From Macrostomum lignano (taxonomy: Eukaryota), in NCBI GenBank assembly GCA_002269645.1, contig NIVC01000684.1:248001-312000 (forward strand): a stretch of 64,000 nucleotides of DNA. The letters are read 5' to 3'. The notes under the pieces were generated by a model that saw only the letters and a program-made list of their open reading frames with translations, had not been told where the DNA came from and made no database searches. This document shows, piece after piece, positions 51,122 through 63,624 of the stretch. Every line of letters starts with the position of its first letter. Positions within the stretch are counted from its first letter, which is position 1. The position numbers and the translations under genes were made by a program.

Positions 51122-51228
51122 GCCTGTCTGTCTGTCTGTCTGTCTGTCTGCCTGCCTGCCTGTCTGCCTGTCTGTCTGTCTGTCTGTCTGCCTGTCTGCC
51201 TGTCTGCCTGTCTGTCTGTCTGCCTGCC

Positions 51229-51280
<52 letters not shown>

Positions 51281-51281
51281 A

Positions 51282-51355
<74 letters not shown>

Positions 51356-51358
51356 GCC

Positions 51359-51391
<33 letters not shown>

Positions 51392-51462
51392 GCCTGCCTG
51401 CCTGTCTGCCTGTCTGTCTGTCTGTCTGTCTGCCTGTCTGCCTGTCTGTCTGTCTGCCTGCC

Positions 51463-51497
<35 letters not shown>

Positions 51498-52156
51498 GTG
51501 TCTGTCTGTCTGTCTGCCTGTCTGTAAGTCTGTCTGTCTGTCTATCTGTAAGTCTGTCTGTCTGTCTATCTGTAAGTCTGTAAGTCTGTAAGTCTGTCAG
51601 TCTGTCTGTCTGTCTATCTGTCTATCTGTCAGTCTGTCTATCTGTAAGTCTGTCAGTCTGTCTGTCTATCTATCTGTAAGTCTGTCAGTCTGTCTGTCTG
51701 TCTATCTGTAAGTCTGTCTGTCTATCTGTAAGTCTGTCAGTCTGTCTGTCCGTCTATCTGTCTGCCTTGCCAACCTAATATATTTATTTACCACGCTCAA
51801 AATTGCAGGATGCTGCCACAAGCACGGAGCCAACTATTAGCAATGGTCGGCCGACCTGCGATCGCTGCTCCTCCTGCCAACAACTGCCGCAGTTCACAAC
51901 TCCGGACACTCCGCCACCGGAGTCTGTCGCATTGTCGGCTCCATCGGCGACGTCGTTCTCTGCGGTGTCAGTCGGTTTACCGCCGCCCGTCGTCGCATTG
52001 AACGGCCGGCAGAGACGCAGCGGCGCCAGTTCGACACCGACGAATTCTAGGAAAGTCCAGCCCGATGAGCAGCAGTCTGCGGCAGTTCGCAGGCCGCCGA
52101 TCCCCGCTCCTCGACGCTCGGTGCTTCGCGATCAAGCAAATCAATTGTATTGTTAA
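47560..52156 (+). CDS. NEK2: NEK2-like kinase paralog B (canonical). Exons: 47560-47909, 48853-49251, 50409-50799, 51809-52156
   Basis: [60 protein letters not shown] motifs, HRPSVEDLL, coiled coil; junctions are in phase. Confidence 0.92.
48000..48660. repeat. Degenerate ~20/40-bp minisatellite (gggtagacacccttagtagt...)
   Basis: NEK-B intron 1. Confidence 0.85.
49553..49659 (+). pseudogene. Duplicated 3' fragment of the shared NEK kinase exon
   Basis: cgaattggcctgtctgagacctccg...cctgattggtacg repeats ~49155-49256 and is fused to a truncated SINE head (49501-49552). Confidence 0.9.
49720..50150. repeat. 21-bp minisatellite (cattatgtctaacaggtagct/gt)
   Basis: NEK-B intron 2. Confidence 0.92.
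50810..51765. repeat. (TCTG)n compound microsatellite
   Basis: NEK-B intron 3; source of the SVCL ORFs. Confidence 0.98.
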
Positions 52157-52984
52157 TAATTGTAATAATTATCGATTTTTATTAGGCATCGGTTTTGTGT
52201 TATCGTGTAATTAATCTAATTGATATTATTGTCTTAAATATAGGGTTGAGCCATAGACAACAGGCACAATTCTGAATGAGAAATTCAGCCTGGAACTGGA
52301 TTCTCGTGTTGTCTATGGCCCAACCTATCTAATGATTGAGAAATAAGCTTGTATTTTACTATCTGTAATGTATCTTACGATACATATCGGCTGTCGGACT
52401 GGATTTTAGCTATCAAAAATAATTGTTATAATTTTAATACTCGAAAACTAATAGCTGAAGTAGTGAAATATTTGTTTAGCATTTTCTAATTTTGCTGGTC
52501 TATCTTAGACCGAAAAATTTAAATTTAATAATGGTATAACTCTGTTGTAGCTTTATAAATTTATATAAGTTATGCGAATATAAGTTATATATAGAATCTA
52601 TAAATCTCGTATCTAATAACTTTATAAGTCTAATTTAAATGTTTTTTCTAATTGCATTTGTTTTTTAACTTGTCCGAAAACCAACTAGTTCAATCTATGC
52701 AGCATTTTCAGTATTTTACAATATTTTAGTTAATTAACTTTTTCAGCTCAATTTTTCCTTACGATTTAACTTTCAATTCATATTTTAGCATTTCAAAGTA
52801 GTTTTTTGTCAAGTCAATTCTTTTCTGTAAAAATAAATATTATATTGGTTGTAAACGTACTGGTATATCATGCAGTAGTATTTCTTTTTTTGCTAGTTTT
52901 ATCTTTTTTCTATTGCCCTTTTTAAAAAAGGAAACTTTAGGAAATTTGCGGTTTAAGAGATAGTTGGACATTTTTTCTTAAATT

Positions 52985-54085
52985 TTGACAGTTTAGACAC
53001 TTTAGACACGACAGTTTAGGCACCACAGATTTAGGTGATAGTTGGACAGTTTAGACACTTCATATTTAGGTGATAGTTGGACAGTTTAGTCACCTGAGAT
53101 TTAGGTGATAGTTGGACAGTTTAGACACCACATATTTAGGTGATAGTTGGACAGTTTAGTCACCTGAGATTTAGGTGATAGTTGGACAGTTTAGGCACCA
53201 CAGATTTAGGTGATAGTTGGACAGTTTAGACACCTGAGATTTAGGTGATAGTTGGACAGTTTAGACACTTCATATTTAGGTGATAGTTGGACAGTTTAGT
53301 CACCTGAGATTTAGGTGATAGTTGGACAGTTTAGACACCACATATTTAGGTGATAGTTGGACAGTTTAGTCACCTGAGATTTAGGTGATAGTTGGACAGT
53401 TTAGACACCACATATTTAGGTGATAGTTGGACAGTTTAGACACCTCAGATTTAGGTGATAGTTGGACAGTTTAGGCACTTAAGATTTAGGTGATAGTTGG
53501 ACAGTTTAGACACTTCATATTTAGGTGATAGTTGGACAGTTTAGGCACCACAGATTTAGGTGATAGTTGGACAGTTTAGGCACTTAAGATTTAGGTGATA
53601 GTTGGACAGTTTAGACACCACATATTTAGGTGATAGTTGGACAGTTTAGACACTTCAGATTTAGGTGATAATTGGACAGTTTAGGCACCACAGATTTAGG
53701 TGATAGTTGGACAGTTTAGACACCACAGATTTAGGTGATAGTTGGACAGTTTAGGCACTTCAGATTTAGGTGATAGTTGGACAGTTTAGGCACTTAAGAT
53801 TTAGGTGATAGTTGGACAGTTTAGGCACTTAAGATTTAGGTGATAGTTGGACAGTTTAGACACCACATATTTAGGTGATAGTTGGACAGTTTACACATTT
53901 CAGATTTAGGTGATAATTGGACAGTTTAGGCACCACAGATTTAGGTGATAGTTGGACAGTTTAGACACCACAGATTTAGGTGATAGTTGGACAGTTTAGG
54001 CACTTCAGATTTAGGTGATAATTGGCCAGTTTAGACACCTCAGATTCAGGCGATAATTGGCCAGTTCAGACTCCTCAGATTCAGG
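52985..54085. repeat. 35-bp minisatellite (ttaggtgatagttggacagtttagacaccacagat)
   Basis: About 30 copies ending ~70 bp upstream of the BTB ORF. Confidence 0.97.
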
Positions 54086-54153
54086 CGATACAATAACGCT
54101 TGTGACTATATTGCATTCATGGTATCAATTACAACTGAAATTTGTAAGAAGGA

Positions 54154-54930
54154 ATGCAACATCAATTAGCCTTTGAATTTCCTTTATGGTCGTGGAATTT
54201 CGAGCCAGCTCCCGTAGCCTTATTCGAATCCTTGTGCGGCGCTAATCGCGACAATTTATTATTACCATCGCGACCCATCACCCTGCGCTGCCGGGACAGT
54301 GTGGAAGTGTACACCAATGCCTATATCTTATGCCTGCACTCGCCAGTGTTCCGGGCTATGCTTGGCCGGAGCGGTAGCGGCAGCGACGGTTTCAAAGAAT
54401 GCGATTCCAGCTGCATCGATTTGCCAGATAAAAAAGCTACAGATGTCAGTTTCATGGTGAACTTGCTGTCATCTGGCGGTTTAGAGTTTCAACAGGCCTG
54501 CTTCACCAGAGACAGCGTAGTGCCCGCAATGGCCCTGTTTCGCGAATACCAAATGGTGGCGCCATTGGCTAGGGCTGTGCAGTTTTTGAAACGCGATTTC
54601 TTAGAAATTCGACCTATTAAAGAGCCGGATCGGTTTATGGAACTGGCGCTAAGATACTTGATGCTGATTAGGCAATACCAGTTAGAGGAGCTGGAGTCAC
54701 TGATTCTGGCCGAGATCAAAGGTTATTACGTGAACGCCAGGGTGTGCAAAATGTTAGGCGCCACAGATAAATCTGTTGCCGGGCGAAATCCTTTTGGCTA
54801 TTCGGCCGACATAGCAACTAACGCCAATAGTTTACTCTGTCCGCTAGAGAATCCGAGAAGGTTGCCGCTGTTTGATCAGCTGGATGCGGCTACTCAGCAG
54901 AAGGTCCTGTCCGTTTGGTCTGTTAAGTGA
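54154..54930 (+). CDS. Intronless BTB/POZ-domain protein (258 aa)
   Basis: ITLRCRD..VYTNAYILCLHSPVFRAML...FKE.DSSCIDLPDKK..DV matches the BTB N-terminal pattern; helical C-terminal region. Confidence 0.78.
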   Translation: MQHQLAFEFPLWSWNFEPAPVALFESLCGANRDNLLLPSRPITLRCRDSVEVYTNAYILCLHSPVFRAMLGRSGSGSDGFKECDSSCIDLPDKKATDVSFMVNLLSSGGLEFQQACFTRDSVVPAMALFREYQMVAPLARAVQFLKRDFLEIRPIKEPDRFMELALRYLMLIRQYQLEELESLILAEIKGYYVNARVCKMLGATDKSVAGRNPFGYSADIATNANSLLCPLENPRRLPLFDQLDAATQQKVLSVWSVK

Positions 54931-55049
54931 AGCTGGATTTCTTGTGAACACCATGCTTGGTTGTATAATCGAGCACTTTGAAATTTTGTATCACTCACTG
55001 CCTTCATATCAACAAGACTGTCTTCCATCCTTCCTATGGGCCAGCCTCC

Positions 55050-55500
55050 CGGATTCTCAGTTGCTGGACCAGCCTCCCAGATCCTCAGTTGCTGAACCAC
55101 CAGCCTCCCAGATCCTCAGTTGCTGAACCACCAGCCTCCTAGATCCTCAGTTGCTGAACCACCAGCCTCCCAGATCCTCAGTTGCTGAACCACCAGCCTC
55201 CCAGATCCTCAGTTGCTGAACCACCAGCCTCCTAGATCCTCAGTTGCTGAACCACCAGCCTCCCAGATCCTCAGTTGCTGAGCCACCAGCCTCCCAGATC
55301 CTCAGTTGCTGAGCCACCAGCCTCCCAGATCCTCAGTTGCTCAGCCACCAGCCTCCCAGATCCTCAGTTGCTGGGCCAGCCTCCCGGATCCTCAGTTGCT
55401 GGGCCAGCCTCCCAGATCATCAGTTTCTGGGCCAGCCTCCCAGATCATCAGTTTCTGGGCCAGCCTCCCAGATCCTCAGTTGCTGGGCCAGCCTCCAAGG
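55050..55500. repeat. 31-bp minisatellite (cctcccagatcctcagttgctgaaccaccag)
   Basis: Downstream of the BTB stop. Confidence 0.95.
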
Positions 55501-55714
55501 TGCTCTGAAGATTTTTGCAGACATTATTGTTTACGTCCGTTTATGTACGTTATGAACTTTATACGTATGTCTTCCATGGGCAATGCACATTCCATTTTGA
55601 ATTTTTTTAAATACATGAGTTTCTGTATTTTTTAAAAAGGTAATTTTATTTTCTAAGTTTAAAATTTTTGACTTTTTGTTTTGCTAATTATGAAATAAAA
55701 CTTTACACAGATCT

Positions 55715-56490
55715 TACCAGACCCAGGAGTCGAACCCCTATTTTCTTAGATCCCCAGGTTCGAACCCCTATTTTCTTAGATCCCCAGGTTCGAACCCCTA
55801 TTTTCTTAGATCCCCAGGTTCGAACCCCTATCTTCTCAAATCCCCGGATTCGAACCTCTATCTTCTCAGATCCCCGGATTCGAACCCATATCTTCTTAGA
55901 TCCCCAGATTCGAACCCCAATCTTCTTAGATTCTTAGATTCGAACCCCTATCTTCTTAGATCCCCAGATTCGAACCGCAATCTTCTTAGATCCCCAGATT
56001 CGAACCCCTCTCTTCTTAGATCCCCAATTTCGAAACCTCTATCATCCCAGATTCGAACCCCTATCTTCTTAGATCCCCAGATTCGCACCCCTATCTTCTC
56101 AGATCCTTGGATTCGAACCCCTATAATCTGACTTCCCCGGATTCGAACCCCTATCTTCTTAGATCCCCAGATTCGATCCCCAATCTTCTTAGATTCCCAG
56201 ATTCAAACCCAAATCTTCTTAGATTCCCAGATTCGAACCGCAATCTTAGATCCCAAGATTCGAACCCCTATCTTCTCAGATCCTTGGATTCGAACCCCAA
56301 TCTTCTTAGATCCCCAGATTCGAACCGCAATCTTAGATCCCCAGATTCGAACCGCAATCTTAGATCCCCAGATTCGAACCCCTATCTTCCTAGATCCCCA
56401 ATATCGAAGCCTCTATCATCCCAGATTCGAACCCCTATTTTCTTAAAACCCTTAATTTCGGACCCTCTATCATCCCGGATTCGAACCCCA
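55715..56490. repeat. 30-bp minisatellite containing G(G/A)TTCGAACCC
   Basis: Unit gattcgaacccctatcttcttagatcccca; abuts the PPP1R3-like first exon. Confidence 0.93.
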
Positions 56491-56500
56491 TTTTATACCG

Positions 56501-59158
56501 ATGCCAAACTCCACTCAATTTGGTTACGGCAGCGACGGTAAGAGCCGTGTCGATCTGTCGAAGTCTTTGGTTAGTAAGTCATCTAACATGCAACAGACGG
56601 AGCTGCCTCAGCCTCCGCCGCCGCCGCATCCGCCTCCGCAGCGAGTCTGTAAGCCACTGGCCTGCGTGTTAAACCATCCAGTGAAGATCTACGCCCGCGG
56701 CGAGAACCCCATCAGTCCTAATGGTCAACGAGCGGCAGAAACTATCGACGCATCGATTCAAGCTTTGCGAAGTTTGCCTAGAAACTGTTCTAAGAATGCC
56801 ACAGTTCGTCAGCTGTTGTGCCAGTCCGCTATTAAGGGTAGTCGACGGAGGCAGGAGCTGATGCAGTCTTTGACGAGACCGTCAGCTGGTTCGCATTCTA
56901 ATGCTAGGTTGGTCCAGCTTTGATTAGTAATTAGTGTTGTAAGCCTAGTGGCTAGAGTGTCGGACTCCCGACTTATTATCCCACTCGGAACTATTTGTAT
57001 CTTTGAGCTTCAGCTTCAGCTTCAGTTCACCCAGCTGTAAAATGGGTGCCAGCATTAGCTGGGGTAATTGAGGGTGCGTGTGGCGACCCGCCAGTCCTTG
57101 GACTGAACAGACTGAACTGCACCCTGGCGCACTTTAAGCGATGTTGTGGCACAGCCGGCCAGAGGCGTTACTGCCCATTTCGCCGACTCCCTGAGCAATA
57201 GAGCAGGCACACACTCACACAGGAGTGTACAGCGGCCCTAACTAGCTATCGTTAGGCATGTACATTCACTGTGCCTTGGGGGGTTGGCCCTGAAGCTGGG
57301 CGTTAATTGCACGAGCAGAGCCAAGCCGAGATTCCAATTTAGCCCCCCCCCCCAAATTGATGACTGCACTTGGAATCGAGCCTGGGCCGCTGGCACATCA
57401 GAGCGCCATGGTGTCTAGATGCTCATTAACTAGTGTCTTTTCACCCGCAGCCGACGCAAAAGTCTGCCAGCTCAAGCTGCCAGCCAGCACGAGGCGACTG
57501 CCTCATCGAAAGCATCGACAGCTCAACAATCGGGTCAGCGTAGTGTGTCGCTTCGGCTTGTCGGAGGCGGCGGTCGAGAAAGAGTTCTAGCGGCTCTGTC
57601 TGAGAATGCTTCAATGGCTGCGTCTGCTGGTGGAACAAAGTCGCAATCGAAATCTCCATTGTTCTATTGTGACGACGAGTCATTAGATGAAGATGGGACG
57701 CATGCTGAGTCTGCTCAGCTCATTGAGGATGCAAAGCCTCAAGTGGAGACTGCTGGATGGGGTGAGGTTATGTTTGTTAGTTGCTGTTTTGATATTGAGA
57801 GTCTTTGTAGTGTCAATATTGAGTCTTTGTACAAACAGATGTACCATCCCAACTGTATCAATATTGAGTCTTTGTCCAAACAAATCTACCATCCCAACTG
57901 TATCAATATTGAGTCTTTGTCCAAACAGATCTACCATCCCAACTGTATCAATATTGAGTCTTTGTCCAAACAGATCTACCATCCCAACTGTATCAATATT
58001 GAGTCTTTGTCCAAACAGATCTACCATCCCAACTGTATCAATATTGAGTCTTTGTCCAAACAGATCGACCATACCAACTGTATCAATATTGAGTCTTTGT
58101 CCAAACAGATCTACCATTCCAACTGTATCAATATTGAGTCTTTGTCCAAACAGATCGACCATCCCAACTGTATCAATATTGAGTCTTTGTCCAAACAGAT
58201 CTACCATCCCAACTGTATCAATATTGAGTCTTTGTCCAAACAGATCTACCATTCCAACTGTATCAATATTGAGTCTTTGTCCAAACAGATCGACCATTCC
58301 AACTGTATCAATATTGAGTCTTTGTCCAAACAGATCGACCATTCCAACTGTATCAATATTGAGTCTTTGTCCAAACAGATCTACCATTCCAACTGTATCA
58401 ATATTGAGGCAGATCTACCAGATCTACAGATCTACCATTCCATATCTAGTCTATTTCTATTTTCCAGCTGACGACTACAACAATCCATCAGACGAATTAA
58501 CAGGCACTGATCCAGACTCCAGCAGTCTGACCCAGCTGACAGACTTGTCTCGTAATTTCGTTCTGTTGCATAGCAGACTCGACTCAGTTGAAAGCGAGTC
58601 AAAGCCCAAGACTGCCGCTTATTATCACGATGTAACTAAATCTGCTGCTGCTGCTGCTGCTGCTGATTTAAGTGTCGATGGTCGCCAACTATGCAGCAAT
58701 GCGTCCATGGATTCCTCAGGCAGCAGTTCAACTGTCACAGGGGACAGCGGCGGAGACAAAGACCCTACAGACAACAGTACATTGATGATGCGTAAAGCTG
58801 TGCGTTTCATTGATTCGTTTGGCCTAGACTTGACCTACACTAAACTGCTGGTTGATGTTGACAAGCCGCCGGCTGTACCGCCGGAGGCGCTGCTCTATCT
58901 GGACCTGAGCGGCGGTCAGGATGATGAATTAGCTGGGGCTGCCGGCTGCAGGACTAAGTGGGTTTTTTTTCTAGTCAGCTGTGTTGTTAAACACCTGCTG
59001 GGGGTGTCAGTTGCTAGGCCAGCCTACAAGCAACTCATGAACGTATAGTTGGCTCACTCAATCCTCGCCTCTAAAATGTCAGTCAATCAATCAGTCAGTC
59101 AGCCAGCCAGTCAGTCAGTCAATCAGTCAATCAATCAATCAGTCAGTCAGTCAGTCAG

Positions 59159-59189
<31 letters not shown>

Positions 59190-59736
59190 GTCAGTCAGTC
59201 AGTCAGTCAATCAATCAATCAATCAATCAGTCAGTCAGTCAGTCAGTCAGTCAGTCAGTCAGTCAGTCAGTCAGTCAGTCAGTCAGTCAGTCAGTCAGTC
59301 AGTCAATTAATCAATCAGTCAATCGATCAATCAGTCAGTCAGTCAGTCAGTCAGTCAGTCAGTCAGTCAACCCATCAATCAATCAGTCAATCAATCAATC
59401 AATCAATCAATAAAGAAGTCAGTCGGTCAATGAATCAATCAGTCAGTCAGTCAATCAATCAGTCAGTCAGTCAGTCAGTCAGTCAGTCAGTCAGTCAACC
59501 CATCAATCAATCAGTCAATCAATCAATCAATCAATCAATAAAGAAGTCAGTCGGTCAATGAATCAATCAGTCAGTCAGTCAATCAATCAATCAATCCATC
59601 CATCAATCAATCAATCAATCTAAAGAAGTCAGTCGGTCAATCAATCAATCAATAAAGAAGTCAGTCGGTCAATAAATCAATCAGTCAGTCAATCAATTAA
59701 TCAATCAGTCAATCAATCAATCAGTCAGTCAGTCAG

Positions 59737-59771
<35 letters not shown>

Positions 59772-59940
59772 GTCAGTCAGTCAGTCAGTCAGTCAGTCAG
59801 TCAGTCAGTCAGTCAGTCAGTCAGTCAGTCAGTCAGTCAGTCAGTCAGTCAGTCAGTCAGTCAGTCAGTCAGTCAATCAATCAATCAATCAATAAAGAAG
59901 TCAGTCGGTCAATGAATCAATCAGTCAGTCAATCAATCAG

Positions 59941-60006
<66 letters not shown>

Positions 60007-60499
60007 TTCCAGATCCCAGCGCCGCCGTTCGTCCACCACAACGAGCCAATCAGGCCGGCCCTTTATCAGCGCCTGTTTCAGCCTCCCAGCGAGCCAGTCG
60101 GATCTGTTAAGAATCGTTTCGCATCGTAAAATTGCCATGGAAAGCTGGGAAATGACTACTGACTCGTGCCTAGTAAGCGGTATAGTTCGAGTAGCTAATC
60201 TGGGCTACGAGAAATGCGTTATTGTTCGAGTCAGTTTTAATAACTGGCGCACCTTTGCCGATATCTATGCCGCTTACGTCATCGACTCTAGCGACGGTCT
60301 GACTGACAGGTTCTCGTTTTCTTTTGTGTTGCCAAGGAATTTCTCTGTTGGAGATCGGGTGGAATTCTGCTTCAGATACGACTGCTACGGTTCAGTATAT
60401 TGGGACAGCAATGCCGGCAGGAATTACACTCTGGTTTATTTTGCCGCCAACCCTGACGTTGCTGACGTAAACGATGCTGGTTGGCTGCATTTTCTCTAA
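56501..60499 (+). CDS. PPP1R3: PP1 glycogen-targeting regulatory subunit (PPP1R3 family, CBM21). Exons: 56501-56907, 57451-57761, 58468-58957, 60013-60499
   Basis: RVxF-type motif RKAVRFIDSFGLDL; C-terminal CBM21 (SGIVRVANLGYEKCVIVRVSFNNW..DRFSF..VEFCFRY..YWDSNAGRNY); junctions are in phase. Start codon and subtype are uncertain. Confidence 0.88.
56941..57110 (+). mobile_element. Partial CORE-type SINE
   Basis: gcctagtggctagagtgtcggactc..cagttcacccagctgtaaaatgggtgccagc..ccttggactgaacag. Confidence 0.82.
57201..57415 (-). mobile_element. Second SINE-like family copy
   Basis: Matches 32721-32930. Confidence 0.7.
57800..58430. repeat. 42-bp minisatellite (tcaatattgagtctttgtccaaacagatctaccatcccaactgta)
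   Basis: About 14 copies in PPP1R3 intron 2. Confidence 0.96.
59075..60003. repeat. (TCAG)n/(TCAA)n compound microsatellite
   Basis: PPP1R3 intron 3. Confidence 0.97.
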
Positions 60500-61964
60500 A
60501 AAGAAATCTTTTGCGTATTTTTAGTATTACTACTTCTATTAGTAATATATTCCTTTGATGACAGAATTAACAGATTTTTGTATTAGTAAAATCCTCATTT
60601 AGTGAAATCCCAACTTAGTGAAATCCTCATCCACTGAAAACCCAACTCAATCAGTGAAATTAAAACTCACTCAGTGAAACCCTAACTCAGTGAAATTTTG
60701 GTCATAAATAAGTTAAATGTTTATAACTAATGATAATTTATTTTTTAATGTCATTACTTTAATAATAATATGCAGATATTTCATAGACTGTAGTAGAGGG
60801 CCTGTTTGTTGTTGCTTAATAAACAGAAGTTATTTTGAACCCCAATTTAAGATGTTTCTTGGTATTTGTTTTTGTTGTCTTGGACCACAGATACTAGAAT
60901 AACTACTATATGGGCCAATTAGCACATTTGCGTGTAAGCTACTTTCAGTTCAGTAGCAAGTTAAACAGAAGCATTTTAATGTATTTTAAAGCCAAGGCTC
61001 ATTTATTGGCTCTTATCCCCCCCCCCCAGTTTGAACCCTCCAACCGCGCCTTTCCACACTACCCCCTCGCCCCGCCCCAATTTTATTGCCTTTCTCGGAA
61101 TTCCAGTCTAAAGCGGCCATGTACATTTCAATGGACTGGCCAATGTACATTATTGCTGAAACAATTAGCAAGCTGTTTACGCCTGCAAGCTTGGGCTTCT
61201 AAACTTATCAAAGTCATTTCAGCTGCCTTTATTCTTATAAAATAGCTTACGTATTCTTCTTTGCTACTGAACTGAAAGTAGAAAGCTGTTTTGCTAAGTA
61301 TATACTTAAGTGGCCCATCTAGTTATTTTAGTATCTGTGGCTTGGACCATTTAATTATTAATTTATTAACTTGATTTTCATAGGTATAGTTAATTGCAAT
61401 TAATTTGTACTACTATTAGTAGGCTTATAATAATACTGTCTAACATTAAAATGTGTTTTGGCGCCATTTTTTCACGTTCGCTTTTTAAGTCGCAAACTGC
61501 TCATAGACATCAAGTCTTTCATTTCGTTTAGTTTTTCTTTAGCAATTTATATAATAAGTAGTTTAATATAATCTTTTTCTTCAGATTAAAATTATATTAG
61601 TTTACAATCCTACTTCCCAATTTTATGGAAAAATGATTTATAGTTAACAACCCGTGAATTGTAAATTTTCACTATAAGGTTTAAGCCTGTTTAATTTTAG
61701 TAGTTTAACAGCTTCGTAGATTTTTTTTAGAAAAATGCATTAGAATATAGTTTTGTGTTTTTAACTTGCTGTTGTTTTACAGTACTGTTATTATTATTCG
61801 CTTGCTTGCCTAAATCATTTTTGTATATTGTAACTCTCTTGATCATTTTTAAGCGGACCATAGCTATTAAGTGTATCGATAATTTGTACTTTTAACCTTG
61901 TATCCTAAAATATAAAAAATGTCATTTTGAATTGTGAATACGCTCGTAAGGTCGTGTGGCTGTT

Positions 61965-62260
61965 ATTTTGAATGTGTGAATGATGGTTGTGTGACTGTCA
62001 TTTTGAATGTGTTGAATGAGGGTTGTGTGACTGTCATTTTGAATGTGTGAATAAGGGTTATCTGACTGTCATTTTGAATGTGTGAATGAGGGTTGTGTGA
62101 CTGTCATTTTGAATGTGTGAATAAGGGTTATGTGACTGTCATTTTGAATGTGTGAATAAGGGTTATGTGACTGTCATTTTGAATGTGTGAATAAGGGTTA
62201 TGTGACTGTCATTTTGAATGTGTGAATAAGGGTTATCTGACTGTTATTTTGAATGTGTGA
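61965..62260. repeat. 35-bp minisatellite (gactgtcattttgaatgtgtgaataagggttatgt)
   Basis: About 8 copies. Confidence 0.93.
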
Positions 62261-62827
62261 TTGAAGGCATTCAATTGTGACTTTTTTTGAATGTGTGAGT
62301 GTGAATAAAGTGTGATTCGCAATACGAATGTGTGAATTTAGGCTCGTGAATCGCCTAAACAGATTTGGGACTGCTTGTGAATGAGTCTAAATAATAACCT
62401 GTAGTCATTTTAAATGTGTGTTTAAAATATTTATGTAGAATTTAGGCGCATTGTTTATTATTGCATATTTTCTGATTAGTAAGAATTGAAGAACCAAGTA
62501 CTTTTCATGTACTTTTCGTTAACTTACCTAAGCTTTCTCGTGTACTTCGAACTAGTAAATGTTATTTTTTCCAATCTGATCATCAATCCTGCTAAGACAA
62601 CAGATTTTCAAAATAAATAATAACTAGCTTTTAAAAAGTCATATTTTACCGACTCGCGTAGCCTAGCTACGGACTTTTCTATCCCTTGTTTTAAATTCGG
62701 TTCTTGAGTCTTTTATTTAATTTTTAAAAACTTACTTTTTAATTTACGTTCTGTAGCCTGATGTCTCGGATTAAGAAATTGTTAATATTTGAGTAAACTA
62801 ATTTTTTTCTGCCAATTAGTTTTCACG

Positions 62828-63028
62828 ATGAAAGGCAGTTTTAAACCGGGCGATCTGGTATTTAGCATTGAGCCCTACGCTGTTGTGGTGAACTCTGGTC
62901 ACCGATTGACTCGCTGCGATCACTGCCTGAGTGAGGGCGAGCGGAAGTGCTCTGCTTGCAAAGCGGTGAGTCATCCTGTCTGTCTGTCTGTCTTAGTGTC
63001 TGTCTGTCTGTCTGTCTGTCTGTCTTAG

Positions 63029-63084
<56 letters not shown>

Positions 63085-63140
63085 CGAGTGTCTGTCTGTC
63101 TGTCTGTCTGTCTTAGTGTCTGTCTGTCTGTCTGTCTTAG

Positions 63141-63184
<44 letters not shown>

Positions 63185-63216
63185 CGAGTGTCTGTCTGTC
63201 TGTCTGTCTGTCTTAG

Positions 63217-63272
<56 letters not shown>

Positions 63273-63304
63273 CGAGTGTCTGTCTGTCTGTCTGTCTGTC
63301 TTAG

Positions 63305-63337
<33 letters not shown>

Positions 63338-63400
63338 TAGTGTCTGTCTGTCTGTCTGTCTGTCTGTCCGAGTGTCTGTCTGTCTGTCTGTCTGTCTTAG

Positions 63401-63433
<33 letters not shown>

Positions 63434-63436
63434 TAG

Positions 63437-63472
<36 letters not shown>

Positions 63473-63577
63473 CGAGTGTCTTTCTGTCAGTCTGTCTGAG
63501 TGTCTTTCTGTCTGTCTGTATGTCTGTCTGTTTGTCTGTCTGTCTGTGTCTGTCTGTCTGTCTGTGTCTGTCTGTCC

Positions 63578-63624
<47 letters not shown>

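Noticed and set aside
50800-51808. Cys-rich SVCL extension of ORF 50446..51591 (also the 62947-63912 ORFs)
   Set aside because: (TCTG)n microsatellite inside introns.
52240-52325. ~85-bp inverted repeat (taggttgagccatagacaac ... gttgtctatggcccaaccta), possible miRNA or MITE
   Set aside because: Only ~20-bp arms with a long unpaired loop, no clear TSD and no second copy in the window; too little support.
57545-59048. 14-aa repeat proteins (CINIESLSKQIYHPN / TIPTVSILSLCPNRS / LNIDTVGMVDLFGQR)
   Set aside because: A 42-bp intronic repeat open in several frames; flanking GT-AG sites join the real PPP1R3 exons in phase.
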